From IMG/VR virus record IMGVR_UViG_3300028833_000053: 64,000 bases of DNA. One strand, 5' to 3'. Positions 33,990 through 44,143 of this stretch are shown here, piece by piece (positions within the stretch are counted from its first letter, which is position 1; each line of letters opens with the position of its first letter). Source of the stretch: a virus. Lineage: Duplodnaviria > Caudoviricetes. The notes under the pieces are model-generated. The model made no database searches. It was not told the DNA's origin and worked only from the letters and a program-made list of their open reading frames with translations. A program made the position numbers and the translations under genes.

Positions 33990-34676
33990 TCAAAGCATCT
34001 GGCAAATGTCTTCCAACAGTCCAGTCTTGCACTTTTCCACATAATCCAAAATGGCTGAATCAACCGGTTTTCCCTTCATAATCTTGTCGGAAAGAATGGA
34101 GAGAACTTCATTTGATGAACGAACCTTTATGTGGTTGCCCTCAAGAATCGCTTGTATTTTCAATTGGTTTTTGGGGAAGAAACCCTGAGCCACTTCAACG
34201 AAATCCAAAATCCCCAAGGATTGAATGGAATAGAACTTCGTCCGCATCAGGGGGTTCTTTGCAAGGTCAAAAAATATGGTGTGCAAGAACTCGTCCATTT
34301 CCTTGTTCTGCGAAACGAACACCGTGTCGGATTCCAGCACATACCTTCTGTTCGCAAGGTGAAGGATGCGGTCGCGGTTCGCCTCCCCAATGCTTTCAAT
34401 GGATTCAACCAACTTCAACGCAGGACGCAAGCGAATGTTGTTCACCGGCTTCGGCTCTTGAACGAATATGTGGGTTGAAGCGTCAAGGGCAAGCATCTCG
34501 GAAATCTTCCCCTTCATGAACTTCAACGTCTTTTTCCTCGTTGATTCAAGGTTGACGTTGTTGATGTAGATGATTCCCGCGCTCTCAACGAAAGCGGCCT
34601 TGTTCTCCATCTGGGGAAGGAACTCGTTGAACCACAGGGTTGCCAAGTCCCTGAAATCTACAACCCTGTAGTTCAT
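33990..34676 (-). CDS. Hypothetical protein
   Basis: 228-aa ORF coupled to upstream stop. Confidence 0.7.
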   Translation of the reverse strand: MNYRVVDFRDLATLWFNEFLPQMENKAAFVESAGIIYINNVNLESTRKKTLKFMKGKISEMLALDASTHIFVQEPKPVNNIRLRPALKLVESIESIGEANRDRILHLANRRYVLESDTVFVSQNKEMDEFLHTIFFDLAKNPLMRTKFYSIQSLGILDFVEVAQGFFPKNQLKIQAILEGNHIKVRSSNEVLSILSDKIMKGKPVDSAILDYVEKCKTGLLEDICQML

Positions 34677-35215
34677 CAGTAATACTCGACGCGGCCTTCA
34701 AGAACCTCAAGAATGTCGCTTCGACTTTTTGGAGTGCCATAGTCCTGGGAGAATCCAAACGCCCTGAGCCCGGTCAAGTCAACACCATCGGACTTGAGGT
34801 GTTTCTTCAAGTCCTCGTTCATTTCGTCCTCGTCGGCAAACTCCCAATTACCATCATCGCGTCTGTAGCTGGAGGCGTTGTACATATAGCCACCCTCGGA
34901 CATGTAGTATTTCGCCTTCACAACGATGAACTTGTCAAGGTCAATCTGGTGCATGTCGCAGTCCATGAGCAGTTCGGGAGTCAACTTGAAGATGTAGTCT
35001 CCCTCAGAACCGGCGTTCTTCAAGACAAGGAAAAACGCCTCGTCCTTCTCCAGATTGGCAAAATCCTCAATGGTGAGGAGCGGAGCAATCTTGTTCTTGA
35101 AACTCTCCACGGAGGAATCATCGTCAATGGAAACTGGCGGACGCCTCTTCCTCTCGCCAAACATGACGAAAGAGGAAGAGCTGGAATTGCTGACATAATC
35201 AACTCTGATTTTCAT
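34676..35215 (-). CDS. Hypothetical protein of the MKIRxDxVSNSSSSSF family
   Basis: Characteristic N-terminus; promoter TTTACA..TATACT upstream. Confidence 0.75.
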   Translation of the reverse strand: MKIRVDYVSNSSSSSFVMFGERKRRPPVSIDDDSSVESFKNKIAPLLTIEDFANLEKDEAFFLVLKNAGSEGDYIFKLTPELLMDCDMHQIDLDKFIVVKAKYYMSEGGYMYNASSYRRDDGNWEFADEDEMNEDLKKHLKSDGVDLTGLRAFGFSQDYGTPKSRSDILEVLEGRVEYY

Positions 35216-35283
35216 GGCGCGTATGTTCCTTTATGGTTTATCCATATTAAGTATACCCCAAAAAGGAATTTCTGTAAAGTGCC

Positions 35284-36549
35284 TTACGCCACTATCAAAA
35301 GCCTGTTGTTTGAGCGCGTGACCGCCGTGTAAAGCCATTTCCTGCGGTAGTCCTCGTCCCAATATCCGCTTGTTTCCTCAAAGAGCATCACGTTCCCCCA
35401 TTCGGAACCCTGTGCCTTGTGGACTGTGAGACAGTACCCAAAGTCAAATGCGTCAAAGTAGAGTTTCTTGCTCCCCAACTTGCCGCGCATCATCTTCTTC
35501 TCCTTTATGGTAAGGCTTGACTTCATCTGCATGAGTTCCCTAACGGTTATGAACTCCTTGCCATCGTCGGAGTATTTCATTTCGCCAAAATGATCCTTGC
35601 ACACAAGCCCCTTGTAGCGGAACCCATCATCGGTGTCAACCGTCATGTTGTAGACGCCGTTCACTTCCTTTGTCACAATGTCCTCGGCGGTTTCAAGCCC
35701 AGCTATCCTCCCCAACATGCCATTATAGATGGGGTCAACATAGGCGCGGTTGTTGCGCAAGCACACAACGCGGTCACCAACCCTGGGAATCTTGTCGTTT
35801 ATGTCGGCGATGATTCCCTGGTCTAGCCGAATCAACTGGTTGACGTCCGCCCTTGTGTTGTTGGTGCCGCAAAGACACACCCCATTGGAGAAGTCCCCAA
35901 GATGTTTCTGGACAAAATAGTTCACAAGTGCATCCGTCTCATTGACCTTCGCCACCTTGTCGTCAAACGTCTTGAAGGGGATTCTGTCTCCGTTCCTTGC
36001 CATGATGGATAAATCCAGCAAAGCGGAATCCGCACCAAACCTGTGAACCTGTTCCAGCTTTATCACGGGGTCTGTCATCAAGTTGAAATCGTCGGATGAA
36101 ATCGGAGGAAGCTGCCCATGGTCTCCAACAAACAATATGGGTATGCCATACATACGCAAGTCATGGAAAAGATCCTCGTTCACCATGCTTGCCTCGTCAA
36201 CTATGATGAGGTTGAAGTCAATCCAGGTTTTGCGCTCAAATACCTTGAGGTTTGTCTCGGGATCAACACGCACATGATAGCAAAGCCCATGGATTGTACC
36301 AACATAGTCAAGTGAAGTTATGGCACCCGCTGCAATCAACTTGTCCTTCATCACACCGGCTGCCTTTCCGGTGTAGGCGCAAAACGCAACCTTCCAGTTA
36401 TTGGGAAGGGACTTCCTCACTGCGGAAATCAAGGATGTCTTTCCCGTTCCCGCATATCCCCCAAGGGTCAGATAAGACGAACGCCTGGTTGAATTAATCC
36501 AATCAAGTATCGTCTGCTTCGCTTTCAACTGGTCTGGACTCAAGTTCAT
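35284..36549 (-). CDS. SF1B helicase, Dda/RecD-like
   Basis: GYAGTGKT, VDEASM, GDHGQLPP, YCLTVHKAQGSEW, LYTAVTR. Confidence 0.93.
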   Translation of the reverse strand: MNLSPDQLKAKQTILDWINSTRRSSYLTLGGYAGTGKTSLISAVRKSLPNNWKVAFCAYTGKAAGVMKDKLIAAGAITSLDYVGTIHGLCYHVRVDPETNLKVFERKTWIDFNLIIVDEASMVNEDLFHDLRMYGIPILFVGDHGQLPPISSDDFNLMTDPVIKLEQVHRFGADSALLDLSIMARNGDRIPFKTFDDKVAKVNETDALVNYFVQKHLGDFSNGVCLCGTNNTRADVNQLIRLDQGIIADINDKIPRVGDRVVCLRNNRAYVDPIYNGMLGRIAGLETAEDIVTKEVNGVYNMTVDTDDGFRYKGLVCKDHFGEMKYSDDGKEFITVRELMQMKSSLTIKEKKMMRGKLGSKKLYFDAFDFGYCLTVHKAQGSEWGNVMLFEETSGYWDEDYRRKWLYTAVTRSNNRLLIVA

Positions 36550-37583
36550 TGTGGTTTCCTGAACACGTAAATGTTTTCATCGCCATTGTGCTGGTGGTTT
36601 GTGCCGTCGCCGTTGATTGTGCCAAAACTCCTGTTGTGAACGTCCATAACGTCCATTCCAACCTGCTCCAACCCAACGCGCCTTGCAATTTCGCACCAAT
36701 TCTCTGCCATCTTGTACTTTGGAGTGTCCTTGATGTTCACAAGGAAATATCCACCTGGAACAAGGTACTTCGAGATATTGAGGATTGTCGGAACAACATA
36801 GTTCCTAATCCAATCAACATAAAGCATTCCCTCCTTGTAGGACTGTCCCTCCCCAATCTTATAGTCCTCTATGTCAAAATAGGGTGGGGAGCTGAAACAC
36901 AATCCCATTTGCCCTTCCCATTCAGGATGGAAAACCTCCGAACCCCCACACACAATGGTGGCCGTGGACTTGGGCGTTGCAACCTTGCAATAGTCGTTTT
37001 TCAATTCATTTAACTTGACGCAGAGTTCCGTGTTTGGGTCGGTCCCAAAATAGTTCACGCCATTGCGCAACGCACCAAGCAACCTCACGCCCCAACCACA
37101 GGAATAGTCATACCAATTTTCATTCACGTTGTACTTTGACAATACTTCATCAACCGTTTTCAAGGAGAACTGCGTTGGAGGGGAAGCCACGCCCTTTCCA
37201 GCAAGCCCGAACATCTTGTACATCTTCTTTGACAACGGCCACTCTGGGGGATATACCTTGGCGTTCTGCCTCGCCTTTGCAGACATATACTCCACCAACT
37301 CCTTGCAATTGAATACGTCCTCAATCGTCCACTTGTTGTAGTGCAGCTTCACCTTGGACATAAGTTCACGGAAATACCTGTGGGTGATAACGTCAATCTT
37401 CGTGCCTCCGTCATTGGCAACCTTCTCCAATTGGGAAAGAACCTTGTCCATAGGCGGCAAGTCATAATAGTCGCTTTTAGCCTTGAGGAACTCTTCGTCC
37501 GACAGGCTTTCCCAATACAAGGTGTCAAAGGACTGACCACCATATTCTATTCTGTACTTTCCATTGTTCAATTGTGTTGCCAT
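36546..37583 (-). CDS. DNA amino-methyltransferase (N4-C or N6-A)
   Basis: YDYSCGWG (motif I) then FSSPPYF (motif IV). Confidence 0.88.
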   Translation of the reverse strand: MATQLNNGKYRIEYGGQSFDTLYWESLSDEEFLKAKSDYYDLPPMDKVLSQLEKVANDGGTKIDVITHRYFRELMSKVKLHYNKWTIEDVFNCKELVEYMSAKARQNAKVYPPEWPLSKKMYKMFGLAGKGVASPPTQFSLKTVDEVLSKYNVNENWYDYSCGWGVRLLGALRNGVNYFGTDPNTELCVKLNELKNDYCKVATPKSTATIVCGGSEVFHPEWEGQMGLCFSSPPYFDIEDYKIGEGQSYKEGMLYVDWIRNYVVPTILNISKYLVPGGYFLVNIKDTPKYKMAENWCEIARRVGLEQVGMDVMDVHNRSFGTINGDGTNHQHNGDENIYVFRKPQ

Positions 37584-37592
37584 AGCAAATAC

Positions 37593-37623
37593 AGTATACC
37601 ATTTTTGGTGAAAATAGTAAATA
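37593..37623. promoter_or_regulatory. Overlapping divergent promoters
   Basis: Minus: TTTACT-17-TATACT; plus: GTAAATA 37617-37623, second copy 37681-37687. Confidence 0.6.
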
Positions 37624-37726
37624 ACAAATAACCACAACCCCGCTATACGGTGTGGCATACCTAATTTCAATTGAAATTATGTAAATATATTTAGCAAACA
37701 AAAATCCATTTAGACAAAGAAGGTTT

Positions 37727-39703
37727 ATGAAACTGGAAGAACTATACGCCAAGTACGACGAAATCGTTGGAATGGGGGGAATGAAGGTCTCGCCTACCGA
37801 CCATTTCGTTTTTGACTTGTCAGACGAGAATTCCCAGAAATCCCTGAAGATGGCGTTTCCGGGAATCGAGTCCATGCTCATGCCTGAATGTGGAAAGTAT
37901 CTTGTTGCCGCCCCAATCGTGGAGAACACGGACATTCTTGTTTTGATGTTCCCCCAACAGACGGATGGAAGTTTGGGGCTTTGGGCGTTCAACACGAAAA
38001 CCCAGAAGAGCTGCGACTTGACGCATTCCGCCGAAGATGACGAAGAGCAGAAGACCACGCTAGAGAATTTCAAGGACTTCGCAAACATGGAGGAAATTAC
38101 CAAACGGTTCAATGAATTCGCTTTCATGCCCAATGGTGAGGACTCTACCACTGAAGTCAAAGACATTGGTTCATTTGACGTTTCAAACGATGAACCTGTG
38201 GAAATACCAAACAATACAGATAACGAGGAAACTAAAATGACATTCAAGCCAATCCAAGAAGAGAGCCTTGACAGTGAACTCAAGGACACAAAGTGGGTTG
38301 AGATTCCAAACACCACGGCTCACGGTGTCACCGTGACTGAAGACGATACCGCTGGCGGAGACGATCCTTTCGCCGATGGTTCACTTGACGCAAACGCCCC
38401 AGCACCTGAGGGTGACGCTGCTGCTCCCGCCGAAGGAGATGCCGCCGCCGCTGATGGTGGAGAGGCCGCCCCTTCTGAAGGTGACGCAGCTGCGGGTGGT
38501 GAAGCCGCTCCAGCTGAAGGTGACGGCACAGTTGCTCCTGCAGAAGGTGGTGACACAGCAACGATTGACGATCCAAAGGCAAAGATGCGCGAACTTCTCG
38601 CCTACTACACCAACTACATGAACGAGTTGGTTCAGGACCCGAACACCTCCACGGACCTAATTTCCGCAACACAGGAAATGATTGACTCTCTCATCAAGAA
38701 CATGGAGAGCGCGGATGGAATCGAGGAAGTGAAGGCCGATGCAGAAGAGGCCGCAAAGGAAGAAGTCACCGCTGAAGAGGCTCCTGCTGAGGAAGCCCCT
38801 GCGGAGGGTGATGCTGCCGCAGCCCCTGCGGAAGGTGACGCAGCTGCTCCCGCTGAAGGTGGTGATGCCACTGCCGCTGAAGAGCCAGTTGCTGAAGGAA
38901 CCGAAGAGACCAACGATGAACAGAAGGAACTTGACGCGCAGATTGACGCAGAAGTTGATGACCTTCACAAGGACGACCTTGAGAACATCGAGCCAGCAAC
39001 TTCCGATGACATTCTCACCCCTGGTGACATCCGCAACTCCGCGGTGAATGACGTTGGACTTGAGGACGTTCCACCAACACCAGACGAGGAATTGGCTGGA
39101 ACCGCTCCCGACTTGGCCGCTCCTGCTCCAACAAGCGACGTTCTTGACGACACCGAGCTTCCTTCCCCAGACGAGGAAGTGGACTTGCTCGGACCAACTG
39201 ATGATTTCGACCTTGGAGCCGATGGACTTCCCGTTGACGCATACACTGGCGACCTTGACGCATTGACAACATCCCCTGTTGCAAAGAAGATTAACTGGTC
39301 TACCGACTATGCAACGAATGGTATGGCAACTTCCGACGACAACAACGTTGTGGTTCCTGAAGTTCTCAATGAACTCTCAGACTACTACAAGAAGGTTGCT
39401 GACGAAGTGAGCAAGGTTCCCGGCAAGGAGGACGTTGCGATGAAGCTGCAGAAGATTCAGATTCTCTCTCAGACAATCGCAAACGAGTGGAACGGCATTG
39501 TTTCCCAGATTGGTGACAACGTTGCAAGTTCCTACGACCTCAGCAATATGGGCGACCTTGAGAAGGACGAACTTTCTTCCGTTGACGCAATGAACCAGGT
39601 TGGCGCGGACGTCATGGCTGACGATGAGCAGGAAGAAGAGGACGACCTCAAGATCAACAACGACATTGCCGCGTTTGTTGAATCCTTCAAGCACCTCTAT
39701 TGA
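37727..39703 (+). CDS. Highly acidic 658-aa late protein with PAEGDAAA repeats (scaffold/internal protein candidate)
   Basis: Late motif upstream, terminator downstream, low-complexity composition. Confidence 0.7.
   Translation: MKLEELYAKYDEIVGMGGMKVSPTDHFVFDLSDENSQKSLKMAFPGIESMLMPECGKYLVAAPIVENTDILVLMFPQQTDGSLGLWAFNTKTQKSCDLTHSAEDDEEQKTTLENFKDFANMEEITKRFNEFAFMPNGEDSTTEVKDIGSFDVSNDEPVEIPNNTDNEETKMTFKPIQEESLDSELKDTKWVEIPNTTAHGVTVTEDDTAGGDDPFADGSLDANAPAPEGDAAAPAEGDAAAADGGEAAPSEGDAAAGGEAAPAEGDGTVAPAEGGDTATIDDPKAKMRELLAYYTNYMNELVQDPNTSTDLISATQEMIDSLIKNMESADGIEEVKADAEEAAKEEVTAEEAPAEEAPAEGDAAAAPAEGDAAAPAEGGDATAAEEPVAEGTEETNDEQKELDAQIDAEVDDLHKDDLENIEPATSDDILTPGDIRNSAVNDVGLEDVPPTPDEELAGTAPDLAAPAPTSDVLDDTELPSPDEEVDLLGPTDDFDLGADGLPVDAYTGDLDALTTSPVAKKINWSTDYATNGMATSDDNNVVVPEVLNELSDYYKKVADEVSKVPGKEDVAMKLQKIQILSQTIANEWNGIVSQIGDNVASSYDLSNMGDLEKDELSSVDAMNQVGADVMADDEQEEEDDLKINNDIAAFVESFKHLY
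38395..38900 (+). repeat. Two clusters of in-frame A-P-A-E-G-(D/G) repeats
   Basis: Recurrent (c)ctgaaggtgacgc-type units at ~38395-38560 and ~38770-38900. Confidence 0.8.
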
Positions 39704-39729
39704 TATTGAGGACTGCTTGATAAAGCACG

Positions 39730-39758
39730 AAAGGTTCGGACAAACGTCCGAACCTTTT
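39730..39758. terminator. Bidirectional intrinsic terminator
   Basis: aaaggttcggac/gtccgaaccttt between convergent genes. Confidence 0.85.
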
Positions 39759-39782
39759 GGTTTAATGTGAAACCGTGTTGTT

Positions 39783-40013
39783 TTACAGTGGCTTCACAAC
39801 TTTCCACACCCCAAACACGTTGTTGGTCTTTGTCGGGAACTCCACCCCAACCTTCTGCGCCACTTCCGACAGCTTGTTCGTGGTCTTTGTAGTAGTAATG
39901 AGGTCTTTGATGCCAATTGCGGCGATAAGAGCAAGCGCAACAAGCAGGATGAGATTGGTTTTCACCAAACGCTTTGCAATGCGCTTGAACGTGGTATCTG
40001 TTTCATTGTCCAT
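39783..40013 (-). CDS. Small single-pass membrane protein
   Basis: LILLVALALIAAIGI segment. Confidence 0.6.
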   Translation of the reverse strand: MDNETDTTFKRIAKRLVKTNLILLVALALIAAIGIKDLITTTKTTNKLSEVAQKVGVEFPTKTNNVFGVWKVVKPL

Positions 40014-40033
40014 TTTCTTTTGTCCTTTCTTTC

Positions 40034-41929
40034 TCACTATCTCATAATATGAGAAATGTTGTTTTGTTTCTGGATGACCAACGTCTGAGTGTCGGCCATC
40101 GTGTTGAACATCTGCTCAACTTCTCCACGGTGGGAAATGATGTAGATGTTCGTGTTCTCCTTCTGCGAAAGTTGGAGAAGCAGTCCAAGAAGTTTCTGAA
40201 TTGACACCGAATCCAACGCCCGGTCCACAACCTCGTCAATAATCATCACGTTCATGCAGACGTTGAACCTGGTCATAAGGAACTTTCGGAACGCCAATTG
40301 GCTTGAAATCAACAGCTTCATGCGCTCGCCTGCGGAACGCAAGTCAAGGTCAACCTCGTTGTCCCCTGCAAGAATGGCATAGTCGTTCATGTCGGATGAA
40401 AGGGAGCATGTGAAGTTCACGCAAAGTTCGGAGAGGTTGGAGTTTATCATGGAGTTGATAGATGCCACCACCTTTGAAATGATGTTCCTGCGTATGGAAT
40501 CGGGTGAAACAATGTCGGAGCCAACCTTCAACAGGCAAAGACGCATAGCCTCTTCCTTCAACTCGCGTTCCACGTCACTGATGTCCGACAAGGTTTGCTG
40601 ATAGACGGACCACGATGGAATTTTCTTCTCGTTCTCGATGGACTCCACCAAATCTGCTATCTTGCGCTCCAAGTCCTGTATGGACTTCACCAACTGAGCC
40701 TTTTGGAACTGAAGGTTGCGTTCCTGAACCTGCATGTCGCTCAACTCGCCCATTTTCGCCAGCTCGTCCGACTTCATCTTGTCGTCATAGGACTTCACCT
40801 TCTCTATCTGCTTTGTGCTGTTCCCAATCTTGACGTTCTCTTCCTCAATCTTCTTCTGCAAATTCTCTATCTCCTCGCGGTACACGTCAAGGGAATAGAA
40901 CTTGTTTACGGTTTTCTTGCAATCTTCGCAAATCATGCTCAGCACTTCCTTGTGCTTGTTCAATTCCCTCTGGTGATGCGAGATTGTGGTGTTGTGGTTG
41001 TTTATCTCAATACGTGAATTGGTTATGGTATCGTTGCAGGTGGATATGATTCCGTCCAACTTCTCCTTGTTTTCGCGTATCTTCTTCAATGTTTCCTCGA
41101 TGACCTTCTTCTGTTCCTCTATCTCGACGAACTTGGGATCAAACTCATGCACCCTCTCTGCAAGTCCGTCCTTCTCCTTTTTGGTTTCATCTATCTGGTC
41201 GTTCACGCTTGCCTTGTACTTCGCTATCTCGTCCTCGCAGAGTTCCTTGTTCTTCGCTAACTTCACCTGATTCACCTTGAGGTTCTGCAGGACGATGTTC
41301 CTTGCCTTTATGTCATCGCCCATCATCTTGTACATCTTGGAATAGATGGAAGTGTCAAACAGGGTTTCCACGAACTCCCGCTTCTGGGAGGCGTTTAATT
41401 TGAAAAAATTATATTTGTCCTCAACGGAAAGCATCACAAGCCTTTGGTACATCTCGAAGTTCATGAACAGAACGTTGTCCTCCATGAACTTCTGGGTGTT
41501 GGCGGTTGAGGACTTTGATATGTCCTTCCACTCGCCATCTTCAAGCACGAACAACTGAAGGACAACGGAAGCCTTGCTCTTCTGCAAGCCACGGACAATC
41601 TTCCAATGTCGGACGTTGTTCTTTGAGAGAATGACATCCACTTCAACGGTGACGGACATCTTGAATCCGTCAAGCACCGTGTCGGTGTAATCGTTCTTTA
41701 TGTTCTCGTTGTGGAACTTGCCGTTCAACTGCCCAAAGAGAGCGTACATCAAGGCGTGTGACCAGGCGGACTTGCCAGAACCATTTGAGGTGTTTCCCAA
41801 AGGGGATTCCGTGTCCTTGTTCTCGCCCTTTATGAGAACCAAGGGGGAGGTGTTTTCAAAATCCCATTCCTCGTCCTGAAACGAAAGGAAGTTGTGTATG
41901 ATTATGTTCTTAATCTTTACTCGTGTCAT
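40034..41929 (-). CDS. Recombination endonuclease ATPase subunit, gp46/SbcC
   Basis: NFLSF, NGSGKS, CEDC zinc hook, SAGE signature, IIDEV; ends TAG-TGA. Confidence 0.93.
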
Positions 41930-42182
41930 TTAGCACCGCGTCAATCTTGTCTTCGTCAAATTCAATGTCATCCTCATCGTCATCATCGCAAATGTGCATG
42001 AAACTGATGAAACACTGAACCGTGATTATGTACAGCGTCAAAATGGCATAGCCAAAGAAAACGAAAAGAAGGGGCAATAACGCCAAGAACAATGGTATTA
42101 TCCCCATGAACGCCAACACGAACAACCCAAGTTGTCCAACAATCCCTATGCACTTCAATATCGTTTTCATTTTATGCGCCAT
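41910..42182 (-). CDS. Small membrane protein with acidic tail
   Basis: Long hydrophobic stretch followed by DDDDED. Confidence 0.65.
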   Translation of the reverse strand: MAHKMKTILKCIGIVGQLGLFVLAFMGIIPLFLALLPLLFVFFGYAILTLYIITVQCFISFMHICDDDDEDDIEFDEDKIDAVLNDTSKD

Positions 42183-42206
42183 TTATCTGTATGTGAACTA
42201 CGCTTA

Positions 42207-42238
42207 ATTATACCACAACAAACCACCAGTTGTAAATA
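42207..42238. promoter_or_regulatory. Overlapping divergent promoters
   Basis: Minus: TTTACA-18-TATAAT; plus: GTAAATA 42232-42238. Confidence 0.55.
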
Positions 42239-42247
42239 CGTATAATT

Positions 42248-42474
42248 GAAACAGATTTGTGGGAACTCGGAACCTCTTTCGGAGTGGCTCATCCCTGTTC
42301 TCCAAATTCGGGATCACGCCCCGAAGGTCGCATTAATCGGACGTGGCAAGGTAGGAAACACGCCCGTTAGGTACAGGCATATATGTCCGGTATCTACTTT
42401 CTCCAGGCGGCTCGAAGATTCGCTCCGTGGGGTCGTACCCCTGGGATGGGAACGATAATGCCCATCCATTTTTT
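42248..42474 (+). ncRNA. Candidate structured non-coding RNA, family not recognised
   Basis: Between a GTAAATA motif and a terminator; run of GC-rich hairpins; no credible ORF. Confidence 0.6.
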
Positions 42475-42502
42475 ATGCTTCCATTTGGTAAATACCTATG
42501 CA

Positions 42503-43045
42503 ATGAAGTGGCTGAAACTACATAACGAAGCAACGGACCAAGAGGGCGGAGAAAGCAAGTCAATCCCGGTGGAAGTTTCCACAAGGGAGATAAAGCTCAT
42601 CCAGAACTACTTGAACAAGGGAAAGCCCTTGAACGATCCCTCAAACAAGGACGCTCTTGAAACGGTCATCCGGATATTGAACGACATCGTGAACAACTCC
42701 GACATCGAGAACCTTGAAACCTACGTCTCAAACTTCTTCTTCGACAACCTTGGAATAGAGGTGGAACTTGACCCCTATGGCGAAAACTCTGCAATTGAAC
42801 TTTCGGAGAATGGCATGATTCACCTGAGCCACTGCGAATGGGTGGACTTGTGCGATGAAGGAAAGTATGCGGACTTGGTTCAAGGCGGATTCTGGGATGA
42901 CTTCTCGGGAGAGCTTGAAGAGGGTTTCATTTCCGTTGAGGACTTGAACAAGGTTCTTTCCGGAATGAAAGTTGGAAATGGAGTGAAATCCATCCAACTG
43001 AAGGAAGAGGGCGACGTTGCGAAGCTGCTGTTGAATTTTAACTAA
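42503..43045 (+). CDS. Acidic protein with MKWLKLHNE leader (internal head protein candidate)
   Basis: GTAAATA 42488-42494; shared N-terminal motif. Confidence 0.7.
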   Translation: MKWLKLHNEATDQEGGESKSIPVEVSTREIKLIQNYLNKGKPLNDPSNKDALETVIRILNDIVNNSDIENLETYVSNFFFDNLGIEVELDPYGENSAIELSENGMIHLSHCEWVDLCDEGKYADLVQGGFWDDFSGELEEGFISVEDLNKVLSGMKVGNGVKSIQLKEEGDVAKLLLNFN

Positions 43046-43059
43046 CGAGGAAACTTGAA

Positions 43060-43521
43060 ATGAAATGGAAGAAACTGAACGAAAGCGTGAATGACGCTGC
43101 GGAGGAACTGGCGGAAGTTGAAGAGCCCGTCAAGATAAAGGACGTGGATGAAATCGCTCCCGAAGAGGATGGCTTTGGCAACTACGCATCGGACGTAAGG
43201 CATCTCATCGACGAATACATCGGAGACCAGGCAAGGAAATACTACACCAACCGCCGCATCCCTGAAGATGAGGAAGAGGAAATGCGCGAGAACCTTGTCG
43301 GTGTGTACGTCAAGTTCGAGTATTGGGCTCCGGAAGACGAGGATTATGAAGCGGGTTATGACGATGGTGAGGTGCTGTTCATCATTGACAAGACCGACGG
43401 TAGCCTCTGCAACGTGGACTGGTTCGAGTGCAACTATCCAGACAACGTTTACGATGAGGTGGAAGACGCGGCGTACAAGTATCTCGGAGTGAAGAAGGGC
43501 ATTAATTGCTGCCCGGACTAA
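43060..43521 (+). CDS. Acidic protein with MKWKKLNE leader
   Basis: GAGG RBS; shared motif. Confidence 0.75.
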   Translation: MKWKKLNESVNDAAEELAEVEEPVKIKDVDEIAPEEDGFGNYASDVRHLIDEYIGDQARKYYTNRRIPEDEEEEMRENLVGVYVKFEYWAPEDEDYEAGYDDGEVLFIIDKTDGSLCNVDWFECNYPDNVYDEVEDAAYKYLGVKKGINCCPD

Positions 43522-43553
43522 TCAATTTGACAAACAAGAAGGTGAAACAAACA

Positions 43554-43934
43554 ATGACAACAGAACTATATGCAAATTTCGTTGACAATGGACAGGAGAA
43601 AGCCACCAAGTTCCTCATTTCAGATGAATGGGCGAGCGTTGAGGAAATCCTGAAGAAGGACGCGGTTTTCTCCAATCCAAAGTACATCAAGATTGAGGAC
43701 GTGCCAAAAGATCTTCCCAACCTCACAAGGTTCCTGCGCGACAGGAGCTGTCTTACGGTGCGCGTGTTCGACTATGACAAGGCTACCAAGACCACGGGCA
43801 ATGGACTTGCCTCCATGGTCATCCTGATTCAGGGAACTTCCAACCAGATAATCACCATGAAGAAGCTCTCCGGTGGCTACAAGGACGAGGACTTCATGAC
43901 GCAGCTCAATCCAGTGTTGGCAAAGGTCAGCTGA
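43554..43934 (+). CDS. Hypothetical protein
   Basis: AAGGTG RBS, ATG 43554. Confidence 0.7.
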   Translation: MTTELYANFVDNGQEKATKFLISDEWASVEEILKKDAVFSNPKYIKIEDVPKDLPNLTRFLRDRSCLTVRVFDYDKATKTTGNGLASMVILIQGTSNQIITMKKLSGGYKDEDFMTQLNPVLAKVS

Positions 43935-43948
43935 TGGAGGGCAATCCC

Positions 43949-44140
43949 ATGTGGAAGAAATTGAATGAAAGCGGTGGTGAAGCCACGGAAGAGGAAATCA
44001 ACAAGGACATTGAAAACGTATATTTCCAACTTGAAGCCATCAGGCAGAAACTTTTTCGCAGCATGGACGTTAAACTCAGAACGAAGTTCATGAAGCCAAT
44101 TTGCAATTTGATGAGCATTTTAGACTACGAATTTGACTAA
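43949..44140 (+). CDS. Small protein with MWKKLNE leader
   Basis: GGAGG RBS; shared motif. Confidence 0.7.
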   Translation: MWKKLNESGGEATEEEINKDIENVYFQLEAIRQKLFRSMDVKLRTKFMKPICNLMSILDYEFD

Positions 44141-44143
44141 AAG

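Noticed and set aside
38395-38900. CRISPR-like repeat array
   Set aside because: Degenerate in-frame peptide repeats without constant repeat-spacer structure
42248-42474. Suppressor tRNA, tmRNA or SRP RNA
   Set aside because: No cloverleaf with T-loop and CUA anticodon, no tag ORF or SRP motif that I could identify
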